64,000 bases of DNA, from the NCBI GenBank assembly GCA_035470905.1, contig DATIQL010000159.1:693-64692 (forward strand). The letters run 5' to 3'. Position numbers and translations under genes: made by a program. This document shows positions 44,147-54,224 of the stretch, one piece after another (the first letter of the stretch is position 1; each line of letters starts with the position of its first letter). Source of the stretch: Casimicrobiaceae bacterium (GTDB taxonomy: Bacteria > Pseudomonadota > Gammaproteobacteria > Burkholderiales > Casimicrobiaceae). Below the pieces are notes generated by a model. It did not search any database. It was given only the letters and a program-made list of their open reading frames with translations, and was not told the DNA's origin.

Positions 44147-44961
44147 CGCCCGAACCCGCGATTGCCGCCGCGGCCATAGGCGAACTGGCGCAGCAGGACG
44201 AACAGCAGCAGCACGATCCCGAGAAACAGCACCGCCGCTCCGGTGGCATCGTCGAGACCGAAGCGCAGGAACAGCTCGTAGACCTTGATCGGCGCGGTCA
44301 TCGGGTAATACGCGAGCAGAGCGACCGTCGCGAACTCGCTGATCGCGCGGGCGAAGGTCAGCGTGATGCCCGCCATCACGCCGCGCCAGGCCAGCGGCAG
44401 CGCGATGCGCCTGAACACGCGCCATGGCCCCGCACCGAGGGTGCGCGCGACCTTCTCGAGATGGGGATCGATCGCTTCCTCGAAGCCGATGCGCGACGCA
44501 TTGACCGCATACGGAAGGCTCACGAACAGCATCCCGACGACGATGCCGGCGAATGTCCCCCAGAAGCGCAACCCGAACCATGCGGCCGCCGGCTCCCCCA
44601 GCACGCCTTCGCGTCCGAACGCGAGCAGCAGCGCAATGCCGGCGACGGTATGCGGCACGGTGAGCGGGAGGTCGACCACTGCCTCGACGATGCCCTTTCC
44701 GGGAAACGTGCTGCGCGCCAGCACGTACGCGAGCGGCACGCCGAACACCGCGGCGAGCGCCGCGGCGGCCAGCGCCGCGGCAAGGCTCAACGCGATCGCC
44801 GCGCGGACGTCGGGCAGCGCCGCGGCGCGGACGAGCCCGGCGAGCCCGGGCGCCGCGACCAGCGACAGCAGCGGCACGACAATGAACGCCAGCACCATGC
44901 TCCCGAGCAGCCAGAAGGCAAGGAAGAGGGCCGGACGCCGCATCGCGACTGCCGGGCTCAT
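44143..44961 (-). CDS. ABC transporter permease (ModB/WtpB-type)
   Basis: Six TM segments. EAA loop region: EEAIDPHLEKVARTLGAGPWRVFRRIALP. Confidence 0.85.
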   Translation of the reverse strand: MSPAVAMRRPALFLAFWLLGSMVLAFIVVPLLSLVAAPGLAGLVRAAALPDVRAAIALSLAAALAAAALAAVFGVPLAYVLARSTFPGKGIVEAVVDLPLTVPHTVAGIALLLAFGREGVLGEPAAAWFGLRFWGTFAGIVVGMLFVSLPYAVNASRIGFEEAIDPHLEKVARTLGAGPWRVFRRIALPLAWRGVMAGITLTFARAISEFATVALLAYYPMTAPIKVYELFLRFGLDDATGAAVLFLGIVLLLFVLLRQFAYGRGGNRGFGR

Positions 44962-44983
44962 CCAGCCCGGGAGCGCCGTCGGA

Positions 44984-45976
44984 TCACTGCTCCTTCCACG
45001 GCTGCGTCAGCGCAAGGAGCTGCGACGGCATCCTGTCGCCGTGCACGACATAGGCGGGAGAGAGCGTCTTGAAGCCGTTCTGCGCGGAGATCTTCCGTCC
45101 TTCGGGCCCGAGGATGAACCTGACGAACTCGATCGCGGCCTGGGCGTGAGGTGCGTTCAGGGGGATTGTCAGTGCGTACACGATGGGCTTGGCGGTCAGC
45201 GCCCCGTTCCTGGTGTGCACGACCGATTTCGCGTAGTCGGCCGAGTAGCGCGGATCGCTGAGATCGATCGCGGCCGGCAGCTTCAGGTACTCGAAGTGGT
45301 GCTGCAGGGCGTCGGAGCGATAGATCGCAAGATAGTCGATCTGCCCGAGCTGCAGCGCGGAAATGAGGTCGGTCTCGGTGTCGCGGATGTTCGCCTCGGG
45401 CGCGTTCTTCAGGATCGCCTCCGCGAGGCCCGGCCGGTGGTAGTGGGTTGCCGCGAGGCCGAGCATCTGCAGCGTCTGGTAGCCCGAAGGATCGGTGTCG
45501 GGATTGGAGCGCCCGATCGCGACGCCCGGACGCGCCAGGATGTCGTGCCAGTTGTCGGCCGTTATCTCCTTCGCGAACTTGCTGCTGGGCGTATAGATGA
45601 ACGTGATCGCATTGCCGACGAACCCTGCGTACCAGTCGGCATACGCCGGCGCCCCGCTCGCGCCGAACATGTACTTCGGAATCACCGTGTAGTCCGCCAC
45701 GGCGACGATGTCGGCCTGCTGCTTCAGCACGGTCACCTGCTTGACCATCTTGACGCTGCCGCCGAACTGCGGCTGGATCGTGATGTCGGGGTGCGACTTC
45801 TCGAATTCGCGCGCCATCTCGGTGAACGGCCGGGCGAGCGTTCCCGCCGCGTAGATCGTCAGCTTGACCGGATCTTGCGTCGCCGCGCTCGCCGCCCCGG
45901 CGCCCGTCGCAGCGATCGCAGCCAGTGCCACCGTCGCTCCCGTCATCAAATCCAATGCCTGCACTCGCAAATCCAC
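44984..45976 (-). CDS. WtpA-type tungstate/molybdate substrate-binding protein
   Basis: LTIYAAGTLARPF...FGGSVKMVKQV...ADIVAVADY...YADWYAGFVGNAITFIYT matches WtpA as I recall it. The GTG start has a GAGGAGGG RBS. Confidence 0.75.
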   Translation of the reverse strand: MDLRVQALDLMTGATVALAAIAATGAGAASAATQDPVKLTIYAAGTLARPFTEMAREFEKSHPDITIQPQFGGSVKMVKQVTVLKQQADIVAVADYTVIPKYMFGASGAPAYADWYAGFVGNAITFIYTPSSKFAKEITADNWHDILARPGVAIGRSNPDTDPSGYQTLQMLGLAATHYHRPGLAEAILKNAPEANIRDTETDLISALQLGQIDYLAIYRSDALQHHFEYLKLPAAIDLSDPRYSADYAKSVVHTRNGALTAKPIVYALTIPLNAPHAQAAIEFVRFILGPEGRKISAQNGFKTLSPAYVVHGDRMPSQLLALTQPWKEQ

Positions 45977-46009
45977 GTACGCCCTCCTCGATGAAAATGA
46001 ATGGCTCGC

Positions 46010-47311
46010 TCAGCCCCGCATGAGATCGGGCCGGGCGGCGCCGACGATCCGTCCGCAGTCGCGCAGGTCGTAGCCGGCAAAGCGCCCCGCCTGGCGTCTC
46101 AGCGTCCTGCCCCGCAGCACGCCGAACAGACGTCTGCAGGATGCCGAATCGAGCACCTCGCGCGGCAGCGCGATGTCGTAGCGCTCCTGCGCGAGCGGCA
46201 CGAAATCCAGGTCCCAGGCCGCTGCGACCGCGCGCAATCCCGGCCCGACATCCGCACGCCCGAGGACGATCGCCTGGGCCACGGCGTTGTGGGTGGCGAC
46301 CGCGCGCTCCCAGCCCGGGATCGACGGCGGATCGATCGCCGCGTCGCGCAGCGCGCGGGTCAGCAGCATCCGGGTGCCGGCATCGCGCTGCCGGTTCAGG
46401 AAGCGCAGGTCGTCGCGCATCAGGTCGCCGACGCCCTTTACGTCCCGGGGATTTCCCCGCGCGACGATCAGGCCGTTCTCGCGCCACGCGAGGTTCACCA
46501 GCACCCAGTCGCTCTCCGGAAGCAGGTGCCGCAGGAACGGCGCGTTGTATTCGTTGGCCTCGGCGTCGAACAGGTGCAGCGACGCCGCATCGGCCTCGCG
46601 GCGCTGCAACGCCCACAATCCGCCATAGCTGCCGACGACCCGGGTGGCGAAGCCCGACTCGTGCGCAAGCCAGCTCAGCAGCGGATCGTCGCTGCCGGCG
46701 ATGCGCAGCATGGATTGGCCGGCGTCGCGGCGCGCGGTCTCCGCGGCACGTCGGCCTGGCGGAGTGTCGCCCGTGCATGTCCGGGTCCGGGTCCGGATCC
46801 GCGACGACGACGACGCACTGGCCGACTCGGCGAGGCCGAGCGTGGCTTCGGCGGCTTCGCAGCGGCGCCGCAGGGCATCGCAGGCGAGGATCCGGCCGCG
46901 GTCGCCGGAATCGATCGCCGCGCGATATGCGCGCTGCGCCTCCTGCAGCCGCGAGACCAAGCGCCCGCGATTGGCGGCGACGACGCTCGCCAGCCGGCCG
47001 CCCTGCGCGGCGAGCGTCAGCTTGACCGTCAGCTCGTCGTCGTCCTGCGCCGGATCGGCGAGCCACGCGGCGACGGCCGCGCGGCCCCTGGGCGTCAGGC
47101 GGTAGAGCGTGCGGGCCGGCCCCTGCGTGCTCCTTTCGCGGCCGGCGGCGGCGATCAGGCCGTCGCGCAGCGCGCGGTGCAGGACTCGGTAGAGCTGCCC
47201 GAAATCGATGCGCCAGAACGGGCGCAGGTCGCGCTCCGCCCTGCTCCGGAGCTCGTAGCCGTGGGCCTGCCCGTGCGCAAGGAGGGCAAGGATCGGGTGG
47301 ACAGGTTCCAT
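46010..47311 (-). CDS. PadR-type HTH fused to a PBP_like (TunR/ModE-like oxyanion-binding) domain regulator
   Basis: N-terminus: ILALLAHGQAHGYELRS...YRLTPRG (PadR). Low-complexity linker: SASASSSSRIRTRTRT. The C-terminal roughly 230 aa resemble the substrate-binding domain of TunR-type regulators. Confidence 0.65.
   Translation of the reverse strand: MEPVHPILALLAHGQAHGYELRSRAERDLRPFWRIDFGQLYRVLHRALRDGLIAAAGRERSTQGPARTLYRLTPRGRAAVAAWLADPAQDDDELTVKLTLAAQGGRLASVVAANRGRLVSRLQEAQRAYRAAIDSGDRGRILACDALRRRCEAAEATLGLAESASASSSSRIRTRTRTCTGDTPPGRRAAETARRDAGQSMLRIAGSDDPLLSWLAHESGFATRVVGSYGGLWALQRREADAASLHLFDAEANEYNAPFLRHLLPESDWVLVNLAWRENGLIVARGNPRDVKGVGDLMRDDLRFLNRQRDAGTRMLLTRALRDAAIDPPSIPGWERAVATHNAVAQAIVLGRADVGPGLRAVAAAWDLDFVPLAQERYDIALPREVLDSASCRRLFGVLRGRTLRRQAGRFAGYDLRDCGRIVGAARPDLMRG
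46779..46796. repeat. in-frame hexanucleotide repeat (GTCCGG)x3, followed by (GAC)x4
   Basis: Read directly from the sequence. It encodes the RTRTRT/SSSS linker of the PadR-PBP regulator on the minus strand. Confidence 0.8.
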
Positions 47312-47386
47312 CGTGAGGCGGCTATATGCAATGCATATACTAGCATCGCTGCGCCAGGCTGCGACCAAACCCCGGAGGAGCGGACG

Positions 47387-47920
47387 ATGAATGACAGGCA
47401 GGCGGGCAACGCGGGTTCATTTCCCATCGACGGTGGCTGTGCCTGCGGCGCCGTCCGCTACCGGATGACGACGTCGCCGCTGTTCGTGCATTGCTGCCAC
47501 TGCCGCTGGTGCCAGCGCGAAAGCGGCGCCTCGTTCGCGCTCAATGCGCTGATCGAGGCCGATCGCGTGGTCCTGCTCGAGGGTGAGCCCGAGGTCGTCG
47601 ACACGCCGTCGAACAGCGGCAAGGGCCAGAAGATCTCGCGCTGTCCGCGATGCCATGTCGCGGTGTGGAGCAACTACGCCGGTGCGGGCGACGCAGTGCG
47701 TTTCGTGCGCGTGGGCACCCTCGACGACCCCGACCGGCTGCCCCCCGACATCCACATCTTCACGTCGTCGAAGCAGCCCTGGGTCGTGCTTCCGCCCGGC
47801 GTGCGCGCGGTCGCCGAGTTCTACGATATCCCCAGCGAGTGGCCGCCGGAGAGCCTCGAGCGCCGGCGCGCGCTGCGCGCGGCCCGCCCCCCGCAGCCAG
47901 CGGACCGGAGCTCGGGCTAG
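47387..47920 (+). CDS. GFA family protein
   Basis: GGAGGAG RBS. CACG...CHCRWCQ...CPRCH. Confidence 0.85.
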   Translation: MNDRQAGNAGSFPIDGGCACGAVRYRMTTSPLFVHCCHCRWCQRESGASFALNALIEADRVVLLEGEPEVVDTPSNSGKGQKISRCPRCHVAVWSNYAGAGDAVRFVRVGTLDDPDRLPPDIHIFTSSKQPWVVLPPGVRAVAEFYDIPSEWPPESLERRRALRAARPPQPADRSSG

Positions 47921-50900
47921 CGCAGGCAGGCCGGCAGGGGCGAGCCGATGCCGCGCCTGACCAGGGCGTCCTCGACGATGCGGGCCTGCGCGGGATCCTG
48001 TGGCTCGATCCAGCGGGTCTCGCCTGCGACGAGCGCGGCGATCGGAATGCCGTCGCGGTAGACCACGCGGTTGCCCGCGAGCGCCGGCACCCGGCTCCCG
48101 GGAACCGCGATGCCGACGAGGTTCAGGGGATCGGCCCCGCTCACGCACACCAGGGTCCCGGACGGCGGCGCCCGACGGGTGTCGCGCAGCATTGCGACCG
48201 CTTCGGGCAGCGCGAATTGCTCGCCGCTCAGGTCGGCAACGAAGCGTCCGCCGCGCAGCTCGCCCTGGGCCTCGAGCCTGCGCAGCACGCGCAGCAGGTC
48301 GCGCCACGGCGGGAGCCATGCCGCCTCGCGCTCCAGCAGCCGCCATGCCACGACGCCGTAGCGTCGCAGCAGCACTCGCGCGACGTGCTCGAGCGCATCG
48401 GCATCGTTGACCGGCTCGCCGGGCCAGCGCGGCGCGTCGCTGCGTCGCGGTGCCGCGTCATCGGTGGTTCCGCTGCCTGCCTGAAGCGGGGGCTTTCTCG
48501 TCAGCGACCAGCGTCCGGCATCCTCGATGCCGAACAGCGCGCCGCGCCGGTGGCGCCTGGCCCCGCCCAAGGGCTTGCGCCGCTCCGACGGCGTCAGCAA
48601 CGCCCGCAGGCCGGCGAAGCTGTCGGAAGTCACCGCTCCCCGCGCGACCAGCTCGGCAAGCGCATCCTCGACCTGGGTGCGCAGGAGCCGCGTGGCGTCG
48701 ACGATCTCGTCGTAGAACGATGCGCCATGCAGGCGCAGATGGTCGACGACCACCTGCGCGCGCGCGCTCGGGACGACCGCGTCCGAAGGCGCAGGTGCGA
48801 CACGTGTCCACTGGGGTGCGACGCGACGGGGAAGCAGCGTCACCGGCGTGGTGCGGATCGGCCCCGATGCACCTGCCCGCGAGCCCGGCGACCCCGCGGC
48901 CAGCCGCGCCCAGACGACGCGGCCGGACAGGCAGAGGTCGTCGAGCCAGGTGAAGTCGTAGCCTTCGAGGCGCGCGGGCAGGATCTCCGCTTCCCAAGAC
49001 CCGGCGGGCGCCTCGAATCCCTGCAATTTCGCGATGACGGCGTCGAGCGCATCGGGGCCCTGCCGCGCCTCGCCCGGATTGACGTGCTGCCAGCGGAACA
49101 GGAATCGCAACAGGTCCTGTCCCGAGACCGGCTCGATCTCCTGGCGCAGCCGCTTGATCGTGTAGCGATGGATGCGGGCGAGCAGCGCGCGGTCGCAGGC
49201 TTCGTTCGCCGCGGCACCCGGCGTGTAGGCGCCGCGCATCGCCATGCCTTCGGCGACCAGCGCCGCGAGCGCCACCTCCACCTCGGCTTCCGCGATCGCC
49301 ATGGACGCGGCGAGGGCCTGCGCGGTCACCGGCCCGAGACACTCGAGGCGGCTGCGGACGATCTCGCGGATCGCGTCCTCGCGCGTCCAGCTGCGGCGCG
49401 CGAACTCCTCCGGGGCGTCGATCGCAGGCGAGCGCAGTGCGCCGGGATCGACGGCGTCGAACTGCGGCAGGCGCTCGGCCGCGACCCACAGTCCAGGCAC
49501 CTCCGGCGGCGCCGCTGCCGCGGCAACGGTCGGCGCCGCCACGCGCGGAACCACGCGGGTCGCGCGACGCGCCCGAGCGAGCGCGTCCAGCAGCGCCGGC
49601 CAGCCCGGATGGCGGGCGGCCTCGCCGTCGCGGACGAAACCGAGGCCGAGCAGCGCATCGTGCATCTCGTCGGCGTTGACGGCCTCGGGCCAGGCCTCAC
49701 CGCGCACGCGCTCGATCGCGGCGACATCCAGGCCGCCGAATGCAGTGGCCGTCTCGTCGTCCAGCCAGCGACGATTCAGGACCGCCTGGGTGCGCCGCTC
49801 CTCCAGCGGCGCGTCGTCCAGGAAGGCGTAGGGCCGCGCATTCAGGATCTCCATCGCCAGCGGCGACGGGGCGGCGAGGTCGCACGCGACGACGCGAATC
49901 GCGCCCGCCGCCATCGCCTGCAGCACGCGTTCCAGTCCCTCGACATCCATCGCCTGGTGCAGGCAATCGTCGATCGTCTGCCGCACCAGCGGGTGATCGG
50001 GAATCTCGCGCTCGCCGACGATGTTCTCGGCGCAGGCGATCTGGTCGGGAAAGACCGCGGCGATCAGGTCCTCGGCGCGCATCCGCTGCAGCGGCGCCGC
50101 CACCTTGCGCCCGCCGCGAAACCGCGGCAGCGCGAGCGAGATGCCCGCCACCCACCGCCAGCGCGCCGCGAACATCGGCGCCGCGAGCATGGCCTGGACG
50201 AGGACCCCGCGCACGGTGCTCGAGTTGAGGTAGCGCGCGACGTCGGCCAGCGGGAAGCTGTGGCTGGTCGACAGCGAAATCACGATCGCGTCCTCGGTGG
50301 CCGCTGCCTGCAGCTCGAAGTTGAACTTGACGCAAAACCGCTTGCGCAGCGCAAGTCCCCAGGCGCGGTTGATGCGGCTGCCGAAAGGCGAATGGACGAC
50401 GAGCTGCATGCCGCCCGATTCGTCGAAGAAGCGCTCGAGCACGATCGCGTCCTGCGTCGGGAGCGTGCCCAGCGCCGCCCTTGCCGAAGCGAGGTAGTCG
50501 ACGAGCTGATGGGCGGCCGCCGGCACCACGCCGATGGCGCAAAGCCGCGCCACCTGCCGCGCCCGACCCTCGGGCGTGTCGCAGTCCCGCCCGACCTCCG
50601 CGCGCAGCCTCGACACTGCCAGCGACAGCTCGTCGCTGCGCCCCGGCGCCTCGCCAAGCCAGAACGGAATGCCCGGCGACTGCCCCTGCGCATCCTCGAC
50701 GCAAAGCTTGCCCGCCTCGATGCGGCGGATCCGGTAGGACGTGTTGCCCAGCTGGAAGATGTCGCCGGCGAGGCTCTCGACGGCAAAATCCTCGTTGACG
50801 GTCCCCACCTTGTGCCCCGCCGGCTCGAGAACCACGTCGTAGTCGGCGGCATCGGGGATCGCGCCACCCGAGGTCAATGCGGTGAGCCTCGCGCCGCGGC

Positions 50901-52362
50901 GCCCCCGCAGCACGCCGTTGACCGCGTCGCGGTGCAGGTACGCACCGCGATGGCCATTGCGCGTGGTGAAGCCCTCGGCGAGCATCCGCAGTACCTCGAG
51001 GTATTCGTCGCGGGTCAGGGTCGCGTAGGGCGACGCCCGGGTCAGGCAGGCGAGGAGCTCGTCTTCGCGCCATTCACGTGCGGCGACTTCGGCGACGATC
51101 TGCTGCGCGAGCACGTCGAGCGGCTTGTCGGGAATGGCGAGGCGATCGAGCTCGCCGCGCTGCACGGCATCGAGCAGGGCCGCGCATTCGACGAGCTCGT
51201 CGCGCGAGGTGGGAAAGATCCGCGCCCTGGGAACTCCGCCGACCGTGTGGCTCGCGCGACCCGCGCGCTGCAGGAAGGTCGCGATCGATCGCGGGGATGC
51301 GATCTGGCAGACCAGATCGACGTCTCCGATATCGATGCCGAGCTCGAGCGACGCGGTGGCGACCAGCACCTTCAACTCGCCATTCTTCAGCCGCTGCTCG
51401 GCCGCAAGCCGGATCTCGCGCGCCATGCTGCCGTGGTGGGCAATCACCTGGTCGCGGCCGAGGATCGCGAAAAGGTGGCGGGCGACTCGCTCGGCAAGGC
51501 GGCGCGTGTTGACGAAGACCAGCGTCGTCCGCTGTGCGCCCGCGAGCTCGGCGAGCCGCGCATACACCTGCTCCCAGACCTCGTTGGACATCACCGCTTC
51601 CAGCGGCGACGACGGCACCTCGATCGCGAGATCGCGCTCGCGCACGTGGCCGAGGTCGACGATCGCGCAGGGTGCGCGCGGGCCCGGCGCGCCGTGCGAG
51701 CCGCGCGCGCCGACGAGGAAACCCGCGATGGCGTCGATGGGTTTCTGCGTCGCCGACAGTCCGATGCGCTGCAGCGGCCGGCCGGCAAGCGCCTCGAGGC
51801 GCTCCAGCGACAGCGCGAGATGGCTGCCGCGCTTGCTCGATGCGAGCGCATGGATCTCGTCGACGATCACCGTGCGCGTCGTCGCCAGCATCCTGCGCCC
51901 CGATTCGGAGCCCAGCAGCACGTAGAGGGACTCCGGGGTCGTGACGACGACATGCGGCGGCCGCCTGCGCATGCCTTCGCGCTCGTGCTGCGGCGTGTCT
52001 CCGGTGCGCACCAGCGTCCGGATGTCGACGTCCGCTTCCCCGCGCAGGGCGAGCTCGTCGCGGATGCCGGAGAGCGGCAGCGCGAGGTTCCTGTGGACGT
52101 CGTTGGACAGCGCTTTCAGCGGCGAAACATAGACGACGGAGGTCTCGTCGGCCAGTCCGCCTTCACGACCCTGCTTCAACAGGGCGTCGATCGCCGCCAG
52201 GAACGCGGCGAGCGTCTTCCCCGACCCGGTGGGCGCGGCGATCAGCACGTCGCGTCCCGACTGGATCAACGGCCAGGCACGTGCCTGCGCCGGAGTCGGC
52301 GCCGCGAACTGACGCGCGAACCAGTCGCGTACGACGGGGTGGAACGAGGCGCTGGACTGCAA
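47917..52362 (-). CDS. lhr: Lhr-family ATP-dependent DNA helicase (full length, 1481 aa)
   Basis: [20 protein letters not shown]...R, ASLELGID and the long Lhr C-terminal extension. Confidence 0.9.
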   Translation of the reverse strand: MQSSASFHPVVRDWFARQFAAPTPAQARAWPLIQSGRDVLIAAPTGSGKTLAAFLAAIDALLKQGREGGLADETSVVYVSPLKALSNDVHRNLALPLSGIRDELALRGEADVDIRTLVRTGDTPQHEREGMRRRPPHVVVTTPESLYVLLGSESGRRMLATTRTVIVDEIHALASSKRGSHLALSLERLEALAGRPLQRIGLSATQKPIDAIAGFLVGARGSHGAPGPRAPCAIVDLGHVRERDLAIEVPSSPLEAVMSNEVWEQVYARLAELAGAQRTTLVFVNTRRLAERVARHLFAILGRDQVIAHHGSMAREIRLAAEQRLKNGELKVLVATASLELGIDIGDVDLVCQIASPRSIATFLQRAGRASHTVGGVPRARIFPTSRDELVECAALLDAVQRGELDRLAIPDKPLDVLAQQIVAEVAAREWREDELLACLTRASPYATLTRDEYLEVLRMLAEGFTTRNGHRGAYLHRDAVNGVLRGRRGARLTALTSGGAIPDAADYDVVLEPAGHKVGTVNEDFAVESLAGDIFQLGNTSYRIRRIEAGKLCVEDAQGQSPGIPFWLGEAPGRSDELSLAVSRLRAEVGRDCDTPEGRARQVARLCAIGVVPAAAHQLVDYLASARAALGTLPTQDAIVLERFFDESGGMQLVVHSPFGSRINRAWGLALRKRFCVKFNFELQAAATEDAIVISLSTSHSFPLADVARYLNSSTVRGVLVQAMLAAPMFAARWRWVAGISLALPRFRGGRKVAAPLQRMRAEDLIAAVFPDQIACAENIVGEREIPDHPLVRQTIDDCLHQAMDVEGLERVLQAMAAGAIRVVACDLAAPSPLAMEILNARPYAFLDDAPLEERRTQAVLNRRWLDDETATAFGGLDVAAIERVRGEAWPEAVNADEMHDALLGLGFVRDGEAARHPGWPALLDALARARRATRVVPRVAAPTVAAAAAPPEVPGLWVAAERLPQFDAVDPGALRSPAIDAPEEFARRSWTREDAIREIVRSRLECLGPVTAQALAASMAIAEAEVEVALAALVAEGMAMRGAYTPGAAANEACDRALLARIHRYTIKRLRQEIEPVSGQDLLRFLFRWQHVNPGEARQGPDALDAVIAKLQGFEAPAGSWEAEILPARLEGYDFTWLDDLCLSGRVVWARLAAGSPGSRAGASGPIRTTPVTLLPRRVAPQWTRVAPAPSDAVVPSARAQVVVDHLRLHGASFYDEIVDATRLLRTQVEDALAELVARGAVTSDSFAGLRALLTPSERRKPLGGARRHRRGALFGIEDAGRWSLTRKPPLQAGSGTTDDAAPRRSDAPRWPGEPVNDADALEHVARVLLRRYGVVAWRLLEREAAWLPPWRDLLRVLRRLEAQGELRGGRFVADLSGEQFALPEAVAMLRDTRRAPPSGTLVCVSGADPLNLVGIAVPGSRVPALAGNRVVYRDGIPIAALVAGETRWIEPQDPAQARIVEDALVRRGIGSPLPACLR

Positions 52363-52422
52363 CGGGCAACCGATGGGGAGGATCAGGCCCCGAGATGGGG
52401 GCGGTCTGGCGGCGCTTCCAGG

Positions 52423-52629
52423 TCATTCGATCCGGAATCCGACCTTGAGCGTCACCTGGTAATGGGCGATCTTGCCGTCGATGACATGGCCGCGCGACTC
52501 GATCACCTGGTACCAGTCGATATGCTTGATTGTAGCCGACGCCTTGACGATCGCATTGCGGATCGCATCGTCACTGCTGCTGGGCGACGAGCCGACGAGT
52601 TCGACCAGCTTGTAGGTGTGCGAGGTCAT
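52423..52629 (-). CDS. dodecin family flavin-binding protein
   Basis: 68 aa. YKLVELVGSSPSSSDDAIRNAI...W..V......G.I..YQV.LKVGF. Confidence 0.85.
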   Translation of the reverse strand: MTSHTYKLVELVGSSPSSSDDAIRNAIVKASATIKHIDWYQVIESRGHVIDGKIAHYQVTLKVGFRIE

Positions 52630-52690
52630 CCGGGTCTCCCGGGTTGTGGATCGTCGCAGCGCAGGGCGGCCGTCGCTGACGTCGGCACGG

Positions 52691-53116
52691 TCAGTCACGC
52701 ATCGTCTCGCGCTGCTCGAGATCGACGCGCAGCTCGTAGAGATCCTCGTCGAGGGCGTCGCGGACCGACACCATGCCCAGCGGCCGGTCGAACTCGACGA
52801 CCGGCAGGTGCCGGAACTTGCCTTCATACATGACGCGCAGCGCGTTGCCGAACGGCTCGTCGGGATGGATGGTCTGCGGTTGGGTCGTCATGACGTCGGC
52901 GACGCGGGTGATCGCCGGATTGCGCCCTTCGGCGAGCAGCCGGAACAGCGCGTCACGCTCGGTGAAGATTCCGATCAGGCGCGTGCCGTCGACGACCAGC
53001 AGCGCACCCACGTTGTGCCGCTTCATCAGGCGTGCCGCGTCGACGACGGTCGTCGTCTTCGACGCCGTGACCGGCGTCTGGCCCGCGACTATCGAGCGCA
53101 GCGATCGTATCGGCAT
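52691..53116 (-). CDS. CBS domain pair protein
   Basis: VVDAARLMKRHNVGALLVVD...IGIFTERD...FRHLPVV. Confidence 0.85.
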   Translation of the reverse strand: MPIRSLRSIVAGQTPVTASKTTTVVDAARLMKRHNVGALLVVDGTRLIGIFTERDALFRLLAEGRNPAITRVADVMTTQPQTIHPDEPFGNALRVMYEGKFRHLPVVEFDRPLGMVSVRDALDEDLYELRVDLEQRETMRD

Positions 53117-53197
53117 GCCCGCTCCTTCCCGTGCACTGGCAGCGCCTCAAGCATACCCGCGTCGCGCGGAGGTGCAAGGGGCTCGATCCGGGCAGGG

Positions 53198-53845
53198 TCA
53201 GCGCAGCGCATTGGAGACGATCCTGTCCCACGCCAGCGTCAGCGTGTTGACGTCGCGGCGCGTTGCGTCGGCGGCGACTTGGGCCGGGGGAACGACGATC
53301 CTGAATCCGCCACCGGCGGCGCGCTCGACGTCGAGGACGAACTGCAGCTTCAGCGCGGCGAGGCGAATGCAGGGCGCGTCGCGGCTCGAGCGCACGAAGC
53401 CGTCGATGGCCGCGTTCACGGTCTGCGCGAGCGCGCTTTCCGCGCGCGGTGCGTCGTCGATGTCGTGGACCGGCGCATCGCCGCTGACATCGAGCTTGAT
53501 CGTCATGTCCCGGGACGAGCGGCGTGCCGCCGATTCCGAGAGCCCCGGCGTCACCGCGGCGCCCGCAAGGGGGAGCGCAACCAGGCGAATCTCCCCGTCG
53601 AGGCTCGCTTCGGCGACGCGACGCATTTCGAGCGTGACGGTGGCGTTGCGCAGATCGACCTCGCGCTCCTCGTCGCTGCCGCACGCCGCGGCACGACCCT
53701 TCAGGCGCCAGTGAACCTCGCGCAACTCCGCCTTGAGCTCGTCGAAGAATTCGCCCACCGGCTTGCCGGTCACCTCCACGCCGGGCTCGAGCGTCGCGCA
53801 GCCGACGCAGAGCGCCGCCGCGCCGAGCCATGCCTGGGATCTCAT
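53198..53845 (-). CDS. putative lipoprotein, unknown function
   Basis: MRSQAWLGAAALCVGC lipobox-like signal. The ATG overlaps the emfourin stop (ATGA). Confidence 0.6.
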   Translation of the reverse strand: MRSQAWLGAAALCVGCATLEPGVEVTGKPVGEFFDELKAELREVHWRLKGRAAACGSDEEREVDLRNATVTLEMRRVAEASLDGEIRLVALPLAGAAVTPGLSESAARRSSRDMTIKLDVSGDAPVHDIDDAPRAESALAQTVNAAIDGFVRSSRDAPCIRLAALKLQFVLDVERAAGGGFRIVVPPAQVAADATRRDVNTLTLAWDRIVSNALR

Positions 53846-54192
53846 GTCGCGCCCCCTCGTCCGCGCATCGCATTCGCACGCAGCCGCAGCTCGGTGACGA
53901 GCTCGCGCATCGGGCCATCGGCAATCGGCTCGGCAAGCGTCAGGGTCCGGCATTGCAGACCGTCGTCGACCACGATCGTGTAGGCGCGGGCATCGGGAAC
54001 CGGCGCCGCAGCGACCGGCTCCCGGGCGCCGAAGAAGTCGGCCCTGCGCACGAGATCCTGCAGGCGCATCGCGTCGCGTTCCGGCAGCGCAGCGCAGTCG
54101 ATCCTCACCGGCTGTGCGAGTCCGGGAAAGGCCGCGATGCCGCCATCGATGCGAAAGTCGATGTGCATCGACGCTTTCCCGGGCGCGGCCAT
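53842..54192 (-). CDS. emfourin-like protealysin inhibitor (M4in family)
   Basis: MHIDFRIDGGIAAFPGL...ID..ALPE...L..LV....FF...Y.I.VDDG....L...PIAD matches emfourin as I recall it. It lies 32 nt downstream of an M4 protease. An alternative start is at 54168. Confidence 0.65.
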   Translation of the reverse strand: MAAPGKASMHIDFRIDGGIAAFPGLAQPVRIDCAALPERDAMRLQDLVRRADFFGAREPVAAAPVPDARAYTIVVDDGLQCRTLTLAEPIADGPMRELVTELRLRANAMRGRGGAT

Positions 54193-54224
54193 CGCAGGGA
54201 CTCCGGCTGCCTACGGCGGCGCGC

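Noticed and set aside
44363-47920. Several 500-700-aa overlapping ORFs (44363-45994 +, 44958-47066 -, 46001-47920 +, 42503-44179 +)
   Set aside because: All are out-of-frame or antisense to the ABC transporter, WtpA-like and PadR-PBP genes. Their composition is Arg/Pro/Gly-biased and no domain signatures are present.
47650-52833. 1727-aa ORF on the plus strand
   Set aside because: It is the antisense shadow of the Lhr helicase (and dodecin). The Lhr frame has all helicase motifs and this frame has none.
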